Shown here in pieces: positions 36,594 through 46,518 of a stretch of 64,000 nucleotides of DNA. The DNA comes from Amphibalanus amphitrite (Eukaryota), in NCBI RefSeq assembly GCF_019059575.1, contig NW_024881729.1:544406-608405 (forward strand), read 5' to 3'. Position 1 is the stretch's first letter. The number at the start of each line of letters is the position of its first letter. The notes beneath the pieces are model-generated. The model made no database searches and was not told the DNA's origin. It worked only from the letters and a program-made list of their open reading frames with translations. The position numbers and the translations under genes are program-made.

Positions 36594-36858
36594 GTGCGTC
36601 CTAGGCCACAGTGGCTAGGAGTTCTGCTGGGTCTGGCATGGCTAGCTAACAGGGTCCACTTTTGATACTATCCTGGCTGATAAAAATGTACATAATTTAC
36701 CGCGTTTTTTCATGATGTTTGCTAATACTCTATGATGCTTACACATGTTGCTTCACTGCCTGTAAATTTTCCTCATCTCGCCTTATTGCTTTTGGATGAT
36801 GTCTGCCGTCACCATCACTGTCCCCGACTGACGTGTGCCTTGTTTTGACGTGCGTCAG

Positions 36859-36971
36859 GTACCGCTGGACCCAGAGTCGATCCGCGGTGACGTCAACACG
36901 TGCACCTCGTGCCACCGCTGTCTGCCGAGACACCAGTTCCAGGTGGACGCCAGCGACGTTACCCTGAGGAG
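36859..36971 (+). CDS. IQUB-like, exon (VPLDPESIRGDVNTCTSCHRCLPRHQFQVDASDVTLRR)
   Basis: CGTCAG acceptor; AG|GTACGT donor, phase 2. Confidence 0.55.
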
Positions 36972-37251
36972 GTACGTCAGAGCGGCGGGGAATTGGTGGG
37001 TGTGGGAAAGTGCAGTGGGATGGATATTGATTTAGGGGTCGTGAATGAACTGATGTCCCATATCAGACTTAAGGACTTATGCCGTCATAAATAATGCAGC
37101 TAGCGAATGCCATTATTGTCTTATTTTTTACAGCCTAGTGGTGACTTGTGCGCAGTACAGAGTGCCTCTGTCGTTGGCTTCAACTCTAGTTAGATGTGTA
37201 ACCACTAACCACCAACCATCCTTACCGCTCCGTCCCGCTACTTTCCCTCAG

Positions 37252-37387
37252 GTGCCGTATGTGTGAACAGCTGCAGAACTGGGCGCTGCGGCGTCACGAC
37301 AACAACGTGCTCGGGAAGATGCTGGAAGAGCTGCGCCGTGACGAACAGAACCGGTCACCGGGCTCGGCAGCCGTCTGCCTCATACAG
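37252..37387 (+). CDS. IQUB-like, exon (RCRMCEQLQNWALRRHDNNVLGKMLEELRRDEQNRSPGSAAVCLIQ)
   Basis: CCCTCAG acceptor; CAG|GTCAGC donor. Confidence 0.55.
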
Positions 37388-37796
37388 GTCAGCGGAGGAT
37401 TACTGACGGGTCAGTGGTACTCTAGTATATGTGAGAGAGGACAGCCTGCAGTCGAAGTACGGGGAGCGTGCGTGGGGTTTGGTCACTGGCAAGTCTTTCC
37501 TCGCTACATACGGTGTGAGAAAGGTGTACGACTTTCGCTACCCATGTGTGTGCGAGGCCTACGTGTGACTTATGATCTGGGTATGGGACAGGTTAATGAG
37601 TCTGACACATGTATTTGTTTCTGTGACAGGAGTCTGACTTCCGCCACCTGGTGCTGTCGCTGTGGGGCGGCCAGTCCTGTCTGACATACCACCTCTGTCT
37701 GTGTGTTACAGGAGTCTGACTTCCGTCACCTGGTGCTGTCGCTGTGGGGCGGTCAGTCCTGTCTGACATACCACCTCTGTCTTTCATGTGTTACAG

Positions 37797-37982
37797 GAGT
37801 CTGATTTCCGTCACCTGGTGCTGTCGCTGTGGGGCGGCCAGTCCTGCCTGAGCGCCGATCCGGACCTCTATGAGCTGCTGCTCTGCCGCTGGGACGTGGA
37901 ACAGCCCTGGACGCCTTGGAACTGCGTCCTGCTCACCAGAGACGAGACCGAGGCGCACTACAAGCTCGGAAAGCCGCAGCAG
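37797..37982 (+). CDS. IQUB-like, exon (ESDFRHLVLSLWGGQSCLSADPDLYELLLCRWDVEQPWTPWNCVLLTRDETEAHYKLGKPQQ)
   Basis: TGTTACAG acceptor; CAG|GTCAGT donor. Two degenerate tandem copies of the acceptor plus exon start lie immediately upstream, at 37621-37796. Confidence 0.6.
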
Positions 37983-38278
37983 GTCAGTGATGACACACCT
38001 GGAGGTGCGCGTGCGTTCTTAAAGTGGATGACGATCCAGGAACGAGACGGCTATACCAATCATGATTTCAGTGTCTCGTTATACTTCTCGCGTGACCAGT
38101 GTGTGCTTTGTCCAAACTCTCCCACCTCCAGCTAGCAGTACGGCCTGTAATATATGTATCAGGTACCGGTGTGCTCCTCTCCTTTCTTCCCAGTAGCGGT
38201 ACTGACGAGTGTGACCGTACCTCATCTCCCTCACAGCGGTACTGACCGTTTTGTGGCTGTACTCCTCTTCCCCGGCAG

Positions 38279-38449
38279 CGGTACGGGCCGGAGCTGTGTC
38301 AGCGGGTGCGTCTGCGGCACGTGGCCGCCAGTCGCTACTTCTGCCACCTGCCGGCCATGGTGGCCCGCCTGGAGGCCGGGCTCACGGAGCGCGAGACGGG
38401 GCCGCCGTCACCGGGCGCCTGCCGCCGGCCGGCCGCCGCGCCCGCCTGA
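38279..38449 (+). CDS. IQUB-like, terminal exon (RYGPELCQRVRLRHVAASRYFCHLPAMVARLEAGLTERE..*)
   Basis: CCCGGCAG acceptor; TGA at 38447-38449. It is preceded by two pseudo-copies of the acceptor plus exon start. Confidence 0.45.
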   Translation, partial: RYGPELCQRVRLRHVAASRYFCHLPAMVARLEAGLTERETGPPSPGACRRPAAAPA

Positions 38450-39083
38450 CCTGCCGAGAGGCCACCACCGCCACCCGGGACCTCCAGCTGACGGAGAAAA
38501 CCGGGCGGCACGGACAACGCACCGCTCCGACGCGCCTTGTGATAAATTAGCGCCACGTCAGGCCGGGCTCGAACGAAGCGAACGTAGTCGAGAGATCTGA
38601 CTAGTCATGTAAATCGGTGTCTGTGGCTGCATGTTTGTGCCAGGTGATATAATGCACGGGTTTGGCGCTTGCGTTGGCGGTCTCTCGTTATTTTGGAGGG
38701 GTGTATTGTGGCATCTCTGCTGGTGTAGTAAATATCATGCTGATAGATATCCTGCAAAATCGTGTATTCCATGCCAAGCAATTGTCGTTTTGTCTGCTTG
38801 TCTTTTGTCCTTGGACCAACAACGCCGCATTTACTCAGTTGAATAAAATTGCGTGCTTTGCCTATTTGAATTTTCACAACAAAATCCAGAACCAGGGAAA
38901 AGCCACGCAGCTTTTGAAAGCTCTCATCACCAGAGGTTAGTTTCATTCTCTTCAGATTACGCTTGTCGAAGTGCTAGGACAACGGTGAAAGCTCAACCGA
39001 TCATATATCCCGCGTGTGTTCTCCACTCGGATTCTTCCACAAAAGTTGTAGACCGACGCAAACGCCGATTGTATAATAGGCAG

Positions 39084-39320
39084 TGTGGCTTGATAGTTTC
39101 CTCGCGTTGTGTCTTTTTCTTAATAAACTTAATGACTTAAATGAGAAACAACTAAGAACTTCAAATTCTCTGTCATTTCTGTATTTTCTTAACATTTTCA
39201 CTGATAAGCCATTTTTATGACTCACGCGTCCTCACTCTGGGGCACCTCTCAGCCACTCACATAAAATAAGTTCATTCACCCGCCACACTTTCAATAAAAA
39301 CAGTTCTTTTCTCATCAACA
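39084..39320 (-). repeat. BEL/Pao 3' LTR (237 bp)
   Basis: Differs at one position from the copy at 45052-45288. Confidence 0.9.
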
Positions 39321-39332
39321 TTTCCCCCCGAC
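39321..39332 (-). promoter_or_regulatory. Polypurine tract of the BEL/Pao element (minus strand TCGGGGGGAAA), immediately 5' of the 3' LTR
   Basis: Purine run abutting the TG start of the LTR on the element strand. Confidence 0.5.
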
Positions 39333-39404
39333 ACTGAATGAGCACGTCATTCAGAACACTACGTGCCGGAACATCGACCGGCCATTCATGAGCTCTCAGT
39401 TACT

Positions 39405-42400
39405 TCAGTTGTCTAGCTCCAGTCGCACGATCTTGGTGACCGGTCGTTTGTACACACCCTTCCGCGTGTTCACCTCCACGACGCGGACGAGGCCGTCCTG
39501 ACCGGGGAACGTTCTGGCGACTCTGCCCAGGGGCCACGAGCCTCGAGGCACCGATGAGTCTGCGATCAGCACCATCTCTCCTTCACGCAGATTGCGTGAC
39601 ATCTCCGTCCACTTCTGTCTTGTCTGAAGACTTGGTAAGTATTCTCTGATCCAGCGCCGCCAGAACTCTGTGTTCAGCTGCTGGAGTCGACGCCACCTTT
39701 TTCTGGCGTTCTCGGGCGTGTCAGCGTCTTCAGAGCAGATATCCAGCTGGGTGTGACCGAGCAGGAACGCTGCCGGGGTGAGCGGTGGCGCATCAGACGG
39801 GTCAGATGAGACCGCGGTCAGTGGCCTGGTGTTCAGAAGCGCCTCCGCGCGGCAGAACGCGGTCATCAGTTCTTCATCTGTCAGATGGGCGGCTTCTAAA
39901 GTTCTTCGTAGTGCCCGCTTCGCACTTTTTACCATCGCCTCGCAGCCACCATTGAAATGAGGCGCTCCCGGAGGAATGAACTTCCAGTCTATGTAGAAGT
40001 GAGCGGTTTGTCTCTTGATCACTTCTTGGTCCAGAGCTCCGACTAGCTTCCGTAGCTCGCGACTTGCTCCAACAAAATTCTTCCCGTTGTCGGAGATGAT
40101 CTCAGACGGCCTCCCTCTTCGAGCGATGAATCTCAGGAATGCTCGCAGAAAACTGTCAGTGTCGAGTCCGCAGGCCATCTCCAGGTGCACCGCTCTACTC
40201 TGTAAGCACAGGAAGACGCAGAGGTAGCGTTTCAGCCGAGTCTTCCCTCTTCCCTGTCTGGTCTCGAACGGTCCTGCGAAGTCCACCGCGCAGTGACTGA
40301 ACGCGCGGCAGGAATACATCACTTCAGCTCCAGTCTTCGGCGCCATCATCTGCTTCTCTGGCTTCTTGGATCTCTTGATGCACTCTGTACAAGATCTGAT
40401 GCATTTCTTGACTTCTTCTCTGGCACTTATCACCCAGAACCGCTGGCGAAGTTCCGATATGGTGTGCTCAACGCCGAGCTCGTGTTCACCCTGCTCATGC
40501 ACATGACGTACCAGGAGACGGGTCACTTGATGGCCCTTTGGGAGAAGCACTGGGTGCTTCACATCAAATGGCAAGTCGCTTCTCTGGAGGCGTCCGCCGA
40601 CTCGCAGTAGTCCATGGTCATCTACAATCGGACACAGTCTGCGGATGCTGCTGCTTTTGAAGACTTGACCCTGTTTGCTTTCACCGGACGGGACTGCGAC
40701 TTGTGCTTCCAGCTGTCTTCGCTCCTTGGCAAAACATTCCTGAGCTCGCAGGAGCCAGAATGTCTCTGCAGAAGACATCTCCCGCCTGTCCAGTGATGAT
40801 GATGTGCCGTCGTTGTGTTCATCTGGGCACTCTCCTCTTGTTAGTCTCTTCAGTTTCTCGATAAACCTTAGAACCCACGCCGTCACCCTGACCAGCCTCA
40901 TCCAGCTTGAGAAGTGACTTGGGTGTAGCCGGAGGTCATCTTGAGTTTCTTTGATCAGAGTGCTGTGTACTGTCTTCGTCTTCTTCATCTCGCTCCTGTC
41001 GAATGGCTCTGATTGTAGATCTCTTGGCATTGGCCAGTTTTCTCGCTCTTCCACAAGAAATGCAGGGCCCGACCACCACAGGTCACTGGACTTCAGAACT
41101 TCCAGTGTTACGCCTCTGCTGGGAAGATCTGCTGGGTTTTGATTTCCGGGAACATGCTGCCATTGCTCAGGATCTGTCACTTCCCGAATCTCTGATATCC
41201 GATGCGCCACGAACGACTGGAACTGCTTGACTTCATTTCTGATCCAACAGAGCACGTTGATGGAGTCAGACCAGAACAGCACATCTGATATCTGGATCCT
41301 GAATGCTGCACAGGCCTTCTTCGCCAGTCGCAGACCCAGGAGGGCAGCCATCAGCTCAAGACGAGGGATGCTGACCTTTCTAGAGCGTGGGGTGACTCTG
41401 ACTCTTGCTAGAGCCAATCTTGCGGCAACGCCATCTTCACTTGTGGTCACGACGTAGACTGCGGCTGCATATGCCTGCTCAGAGGCATCTGAGAAGGCGT
41501 GTAGCTTCTGAGCTGTAGCCTTGGAGAAGGGGTGGATGCATCGGGGCACTAATAAAGAGCTCACGCGCTCCAGCTCCGTCACCCATTCCGCCCACTTGCG
41601 CTTCATGTCGGCGGGCAGCTCATCGTCCCATTGAAGACCTCGGGACCAAGTTTCCTGGAATAGGATCTTGCTTCGGACGGTAAATGGACTCATCAAGCAT
41701 AGAGGATCGAAGATGGCTGCGAGCGTCTTGAGACAGATCCTCTTGGTAGGCTTTGGCGTCATGTTCTTCTGAATGGTAGCATTGCTGCTAATGCTCAGCT
41801 TGTCTTCATCCGCATTCCAAACGACTCCAAGTGCATTGGCACGAGTTTGAGGGCCATCTTCGATAGTGAAACTTGACTCTTTGGCTCGCTCTTCTTCTGG
41901 TATGCTGTCCGTCACTGAGCTGCTACTGCTTCTCCATTTTCTTATCTTCATGCCGGCCAACTGCATCAGCTCTGTGAGTTGCTTTCTGGCTTCCTTCGCT
42001 TCATCTTCACTTTCGAATGAGACGAGGGCATCGTCCATGTAGAACGAGTCCTTGATCGTGTTGGAAGCGAGAGGATATCGTGAAGCGTGCTGCTTGGCAT
42101 TCTCCTTCATCGCGAACTGGGCTGCAAATGGTGCTGCAGCGTTTCCGAACAGCCACCTTTGTGCTTCATAGATATCTGGCTCTCTTCCAGCTTCGCAGTT
42201 GCGCCAGAGCACACGATGGAACTTCTGATCACCATCGGGTAGCTTCACCTGGAGAAACATCTCCGCGACGTCTCCAGTCAGAGCGATCGCATGACGGCGA
42301 AATCCCAGCAGGACTTCTATCAGGTCGTTACAGATGGATGGTCCAGGATAGAGTTCATCGTTCAGACTTCTCCCTTCAAATTTTGCAGCTGCATCGTACA

Positions 42401-44963
42401 CTACCCGTATCTTCGTCGTGGCGCGATCTTCCTTTACTACCGGGAAGTGGGGCAAGAACCAGCCGTCTAAGGATGCAGCCTCTCTATCTTCAGGTACGAT
42501 CTTCTTAAGGTATCCTTTAGATACGTAATCTTCAAAATTCGCATTGTACTTTTCTAGAAGAGACCTGTCTTCATTCTTTATCAGGCTCTGCTCAGTTTTT
42601 CTTAATCGGCTCACAGCGTATCCGAAGTTTCCACTCAACTCGGGCTGATCACGACGCCAAGGTACTGCTACCTCATATCGCTCGCCGTCGTACTTGAGTG
42701 AGTCTTGTGCCTTCTTAAGTGCGGACTTTTCCTCATACGAGAGAATCTTCTCATTCTCGTTTCTCACTCCGAGTAGTTCCAAGTCGGTCATAGCATGGAT
42801 GGCGTCTATTTCATCCTGATTGTTCACTGATACGTGAGTCCGTAGCGTCTTGCTGAAGTTTTTCTTCTTCGCATCTTCCACAGGCCCGAAGGCTGTCCAG
42901 CCGAGCGGGGTTTTCACTCCCACAGGTTCATGTGCTTCGCCTTGTCTTGTCTCCAGAGGAAGGAACAGCGACGTCGTAGAAGCCGTCAGTCCGATCAGCA
43001 TATCGATCCCCTGTCTTCGTGAAACGTTGGGGAAAGATATGTTCTTCAGATGGTTCCACTTGCTCTTCGTCATGTTCCAGTCAATTTTGGCTGAAGCGCT
43101 GGAGAGGTCATTAATGACGTACACGCCAATGCTGGTCTTGAACGGGCCGATTGTGGAACACATTTCCACCTCCGACTTCTTCATGTTCACTTGACTGCTG
43201 CCTTCCACTGTTCCCAGCTCAAACTGCTCTGGAACACCCTGGAGACCCAGCTCCTTAGAAGCGGCGTCCGTCAAGAAACTGGCATCCGAGCATGGATCCA
43301 GCAGGGCGTTGACGATAAGAGATCGTCCATTCGCCTTCACCTTCACGGGAACTGTCTGAAAAACGACGCGGCCTGAGTTCTGAGTCGCTGAAGCAGCGGT
43401 CCGATGAGTTAGCTCCCCTTCATGCTGTTCCTGAACTGGCAGTCTGGCAGTAGTATGACTTTGTGTCATCGCAGGGGTAGAATCACCGCGAGTCGCGTGG
43501 AGAAGACTATGATGGCTGCCACCGCATCCTGCCACTTGACATCCTGGGAACTTCCTGCAGCTTAATCCACGATGAGTGCCAGCCAGACAGCGAAAACATA
43601 TTCGCTTCGTCTTGCAGTAGCTGTACCGGCTGCCGACTGTCCACTTCTGGAACAGTGGGCAATCTGGAAGTTGGTGTTCTTTCTCGCAATAGAGACAGCT
43701 TGATGCCCCATGTTGGCTCTGTCTCTCTGTCTTGGTACTCCAGGTCTTCTTCATTTTCCTGGGAGAGTTCGTCTCTTCCTTCTTCATTCGGGAGCTGCTT
43801 GACATTTCTAGAGCTTCTTGTTCGTATTGGGCTTCTTCTGTGAGCCAGGTGGCGAACATCTTCAGATTGTCCTTCGCTCTTTGTCCTTGGATCCATCTTC
43901 GGTAGTTCTTCAGAAATGTCACATGTAGCTTTTCTTTGACGAGGATGTAGTAGGCGGACACGTCGGCCAAATCGCCTGCTGAGCCATGCTCTTCAAGATT
44001 TGTCACCAGGCTTTGAACCCGATCAGCGAGTTCCTCCAAATCTCTCGTAGCGCCCGGACGGACTGGCCTGATGCTCCGAATCTCCTCCAGCTGATGCCTG
44101 ATCCGTCTGCTGACGCCGCCGTACTTGCGTTCCAGCTCTGCCATGGCCTTCGTGAACCCAATGTCTGACGGTCTGTACCTGTCTACTAGTTTCAGAGCGT
44201 CACCTGCGAGACAGTTCTTGAGTTGCATCATTTTAAATTTTCCAGGAACGTTTTCGATGGTTACAAAGGCGTCAAACGTAGCTCGCCAGTCCTCGTATCT
44301 GTTTGTCTCGCCTGTAAAGACTGGAAGCTGTGGTCTCTTCAGTCCGTAGTTCGCCCAGTCGACCTTCACTCTCTCGTTATCTCGTGGCGACCGAGTGCTG
44401 TGACGTCGACCTTCGACTTCAGGTGAGGCTGCTTGCTCTTCTGGTTGCTGAAGCGCATCAGTTTCTTCAGTGACTGACTGATGCGACTCCGTTTCGTGCC
44501 TCAGGGCCTTCGTCTCGTTGCTACGCTTGTCTAGAGCTGCAGAAACTACAGTTCTCACTGATTTATTTGCCAGCCGCAGAGTCTTGGATATTTCTCGCTG
44601 AATATCGTCGTATTCTTCCCACGGATCTTCATCCTCCTCTTGTCCACTAGACATCTTGTTGGCCATCTCTTCCACTATGTTCAACAACTCATCGCTTGCC
44701 TTGTCTAGCTCAGAACCTATCTGCGAGATCTGCGAGACAGTTAGCTCACTGGTTTCAATCAGTGAATGCAGTCTGTTCTGTCCATCGCGTAGATCCCGAA
44801 GTAGTCTCGACTTCTTTCTTCTTAAATTCACTTCAGTTGTCCTCACATGGCTTTCTGTAGAAGTGGTAGTTGACATTGTCCCTTCAGTTCCATCCGTTAC
44901 TTCTTCTTGATTCTGACTGGTTTCAGCTTCACCTTGCTGCGTCTTCTTGCGCCTGTTACCCAT
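39405..44963 (-). CDS. Gag-Pol polyprotein (1852 aa) of the BEL/Pao element
   Basis: Uninterrupted ORF with diagnostic motifs: PQLPVFTGE..W..F..F (Gag DUF1759), CLYCEKEHQLPDC, LLDPCSDASF (protease), FYMDDALV (RT), DASEQAYAAAVY (RNase H), and H..H..C..C plus DFAGP..E (integrase). Confidence 0.85.
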   Translation of the reverse strand: MGNRRKKTQQGEAETSQNQEEVTDGTEGTMSTTTSTESHVRTTEVNLRRKKSRLLRDLRDGQNRLHSLIETSELTVSQISQIGSELDKASDELLNIVEEMANKMSSGQEEDEDPWEEYDDIQREISKTLRLANKSVRTVVSAALDKRSNETKALRHETESHQSVTEETDALQQPEEQAASPEVEGRRHSTRSPRDNERVKVDWANYGLKRPQLPVFTGETNRYEDWRATFDAFVTIENVPGKFKMMQLKNCLAGDALKLVDRYRPSDIGFTKAMAELERKYGGVSRRIRHQLEEIRSIRPVRPGATRDLEELADRVQSLVTNLEEHGSAGDLADVSAYYILVKEKLHVTFLKNYRRWIQGQRAKDNLKMFATWLTEEAQYEQEALEMSSSSRMKKEETNSPRKMKKTWSTKTERQSQHGASSCLYCEKEHQLPDCPLFQKWTVGSRYSYCKTKRICFRCLAGTHRGLSCRKFPGCQVAGCGGSHHSLLHATRGDSTPAMTQSHTTARLPVQEQHEGELTHRTAASATQNSGRVVFQTVPVKVKANGRSLIVNALLDPCSDASFLTDAASKELGLQGVPEQFELGTVEGSSQVNMKKSEVEMCSTIGPFKTSIGVYVINDLSSASAKIDWNMTKSKWNHLKNISFPNVSRRQGIDMLIGLTASTTSLFLPLETRQGEAHEPVGVKTPLGWTAFGPVEDAKKKNFSKTLRTHVSVNNQDEIDAIHAMTDLELLGVRNENEKILSYEEKSALKKAQDSLKYDGERYEVAVPWRRDQPELSGNFGYAVSRLRKTEQSLIKNEDRSLLEKYNANFEDYVSKGYLKKIVPEDREAASLDGWFLPHFPVVKEDRATTKIRVVYDAAAKFEGRSLNDELYPGPSICNDLIEVLLGFRRHAIALTGDVAEMFLQVKLPDGDQKFHRVLWRNCEAGREPDIYEAQRWLFGNAAAPFAAQFAMKENAKQHASRYPLASNTIKDSFYMDDALVSFESEDEAKEARKQLTELMQLAGMKIRKWRSSSSSVTDSIPEEERAKESSFTIEDGPQTRANALGVVWNADEDKLSISSNATIQKNMTPKPTKRICLKTLAAIFDPLCLMSPFTVRSKILFQETWSRGLQWDDELPADMKRKWAEWVTELERVSSLLVPRCIHPFSKATAQKLHAFSDASEQAYAAAVYVVTTSEDGVAARLALARVRVTPRSRKVSIPRLELMAALLGLRLAKKACAAFRIQISDVLFWSDSINVLCWIRNEVKQFQSFVAHRISEIREVTDPEQWQHVPGNQNPADLPSRGVTLEVLKSSDLWWSGPAFLVEERENWPMPRDLQSEPFDRSEMKKTKTVHSTLIKETQDDLRLHPSHFSSWMRLVRVTAWVLRFIEKLKRLTRGECPDEHNDGTSSSLDRREMSSAETFWLLRAQECFAKERRQLEAQVAVPSGESKQGQVFKSSSIRRLCPIVDDHGLLRVGGRLQRSDLPFDVKHPVLLPKGHQVTRLLVRHVHEQGEHELGVEHTISELRQRFWVISAREEVKKCIRSCTECIKRSKKPEKQMMAPKTGAEVMYSCRAFSHCAVDFAGPFETRQGRGKTRLKRYLCVFLCLQSRAVHLEMACGLDTDSFLRAFLRFIARRGRPSEIISDNGKNFVGASRELRKLVGALDQEVIKRQTAHFYIDWKFIPPGAPHFNGGCEAMVKSAKRALRRTLEAAHLTDEELMTAFCRAEALLNTRPLTAVSSDPSDAPPLTPAAFLLGHTQLDICSEDADTPENARKRWRRLQQLNTEFWRRWIREYLPSLQTRQKWTEMSRNLREGEMVLIADSSVPRGSWPLGRVARTFPGQDGLVRVVEVNTRKGVYKRPVTKIVRLELDN

Positions 44964-45051
44964 ACTTAAATCTCGACTTAATATTACTTTAGAATTACAT
45001 TACGTTACCTAATATCGTAACTCCGAATATCTGGGTCACTTTGCACTAAAA

Positions 45052-45288
45052 TGTGGCTTGATAGTTTCCTCGCGTTGTGTCTTTTTCTTAATAAACTTAA
45101 TGACTTAAATGAGAAACAACTAAGAACTTTAAATTCTCTGTCATTTCTGTATTTTCTTAACATTTTCACTGATAAGCCATTTTTATGACTCACGCGTCCT
45201 CACTCTGGGGCACCTCTCAGCCACTCACATAAAATAAGTTCATTCACCCGCCACACTTTCAATAAAAACAGTTCTTTTCTCATCAACA
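45052..45288 (-). repeat. BEL/Pao 5' LTR (237 bp)
   Basis: Differs at one position from the copy at 39084-39320; followed by an 88-nt leader before the Gag ATG. Confidence 0.9.
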
Positions 45289-46167
45289 GGCAGTATATTC
45301 CAAAAATACGCGTACTGCGTAGAAAACTACGATGAAATATGATAAGCGATGAGATTCTCTAGCAATCCCAGCGTATTTCACGGGGAATGGTAAGCGATAT
45401 TTAGCCAAAAAGCTCAGCGTGCAAATCTAAAACAGAACTACGAACGGGGTGTGCAACGTACGAGCTTAATTAAAAAACAACGCACATCAATTATTGATTC
45501 ACTGCGGGTGCATTGGACGGACTAAATCAGCAGCCACCAGCACTCCAGATGAACTCGCAAGCATGCGAGTTGCGAATGGATTACACAAACAGCTAGCTAC
45601 GTCCCAGCACGCTTCCAGAGTCGACACATTTGGTGACATCAATTACATACCAGCAGTAATACCTCGGCTATCAGAAGCAACCCGACAAGTTGGAATGTTA
45701 CAAACAGTCTCGATAACGCTGACTGCCGGGGAGATTCAGACAAAATGGATGTTCGGCAGAAAGCCGATGGACGGACGTATTTACACAGCGCTGGAGACAA
45801 CAAACGGACGGACGGACGGACGGAGGCGCGAGCCTGTTGCCCGCCTCGATACAAGCCTCAACACTGCGCAGAACGGGCAGGTAGATACATGAGGGAGAGA
45901 AAACTCCGTTTCCTCAGAACACGTTCTGTGGATCGGTCAACAGTCAACACCTATCCCGATCGTCTGAAAGTAGCAGCGACGACCAGAGCACTCATCAGCA
46001 ACCGATCACTAAAAGCAGTAGACCCAGCCGCTACCACATCTCTCCCAACGGCGGCAGGGCAGGCCGAGTCCCAACTGGTGACCGTAATACCCATCACTGC
46101 CTCGGGCACCCAGCGCTAGCGCCGCGTGCCACCGATGAGCACTCGAAACCATGACCGCACTCGGCGC

Positions 46168-46308
46168 TCACAGCTGCGGGTAGTACACCTCGATGATGGG
46201 CATCTGGTTGAACTTGATGAGCTGGTACTGCGAGTAGACGCACAGGTGGCAGTAAAAGTGCAGCGCCGCGAACAGGTACAGGATGACGAGCGCCATCACC
46301 GAGTACAG
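46168..46308 (-). CDS. 4-TM protein, terminal exon (LYSVMALVILYLFAALHFYCHLCVYSQYQLIKFNQMPIIEVYYPQL*)
   Basis: TTTCAG acceptor; TGA at 46168-46170. The four exons total 522 nt (173 aa) with consistent phases. Confidence 0.55.
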   Translation of the reverse strand: MYSVMALVILYLFAALHFYCHLCVYSQYQLIKFNQMPIIEVYYPQL

Positions 46309-46518
46309 CTGAAACGACAGTGGTAGTAGTGTCAGCGGCGCAGTAGGTAATCAAGAGGTACACAATCAATGTGTAGCGTCTACGGTACATCAGTGGTCCA
46401 TCAGCCAGTCGTATATAGGCGTTACGTTAGCAGTATGTCATCGATTGGACGCTACAACCGAAGTGCCGTCCGATCTAATACTGAAACAATTTAATTCACA
46501 CATGTCGGCACCCTTGAC

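Larger units (their letters stand above)
39084..45288 (-). mobile_element. Full-length BEL/Pao-family LTR retrotransposon (6205 bp), young and apparently intact
   Basis: The two LTRs have TG..CA termini and differ at a single position. A 5-bp target-site duplication GGCAG lies at 39079-39083 and 45289-45293. A polypurine tract (GGGGGGAAA on the minus strand) abuts the 3' LTR at 39321-39332. A single 1852-aa Gag-Pol ORF runs in the order Gag (DUF1759-like), zinc knuckle, protease, RT (YMDD), RNase H (DAS..), integrase (HHCC, DDE, ..RRGRPSEIISDNGKNFVG..). Confidence 0.85.

Noticed and set aside
30138-38600. ORF-track methionines at many exon starts (for example 9412, 30138, 47754, 58909, 62920)
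   Set aside because: On inspection these starts are GTG/TTG/CTG codons, because the track uses a permissive start table. They are internal exon positions, not initiation sites.
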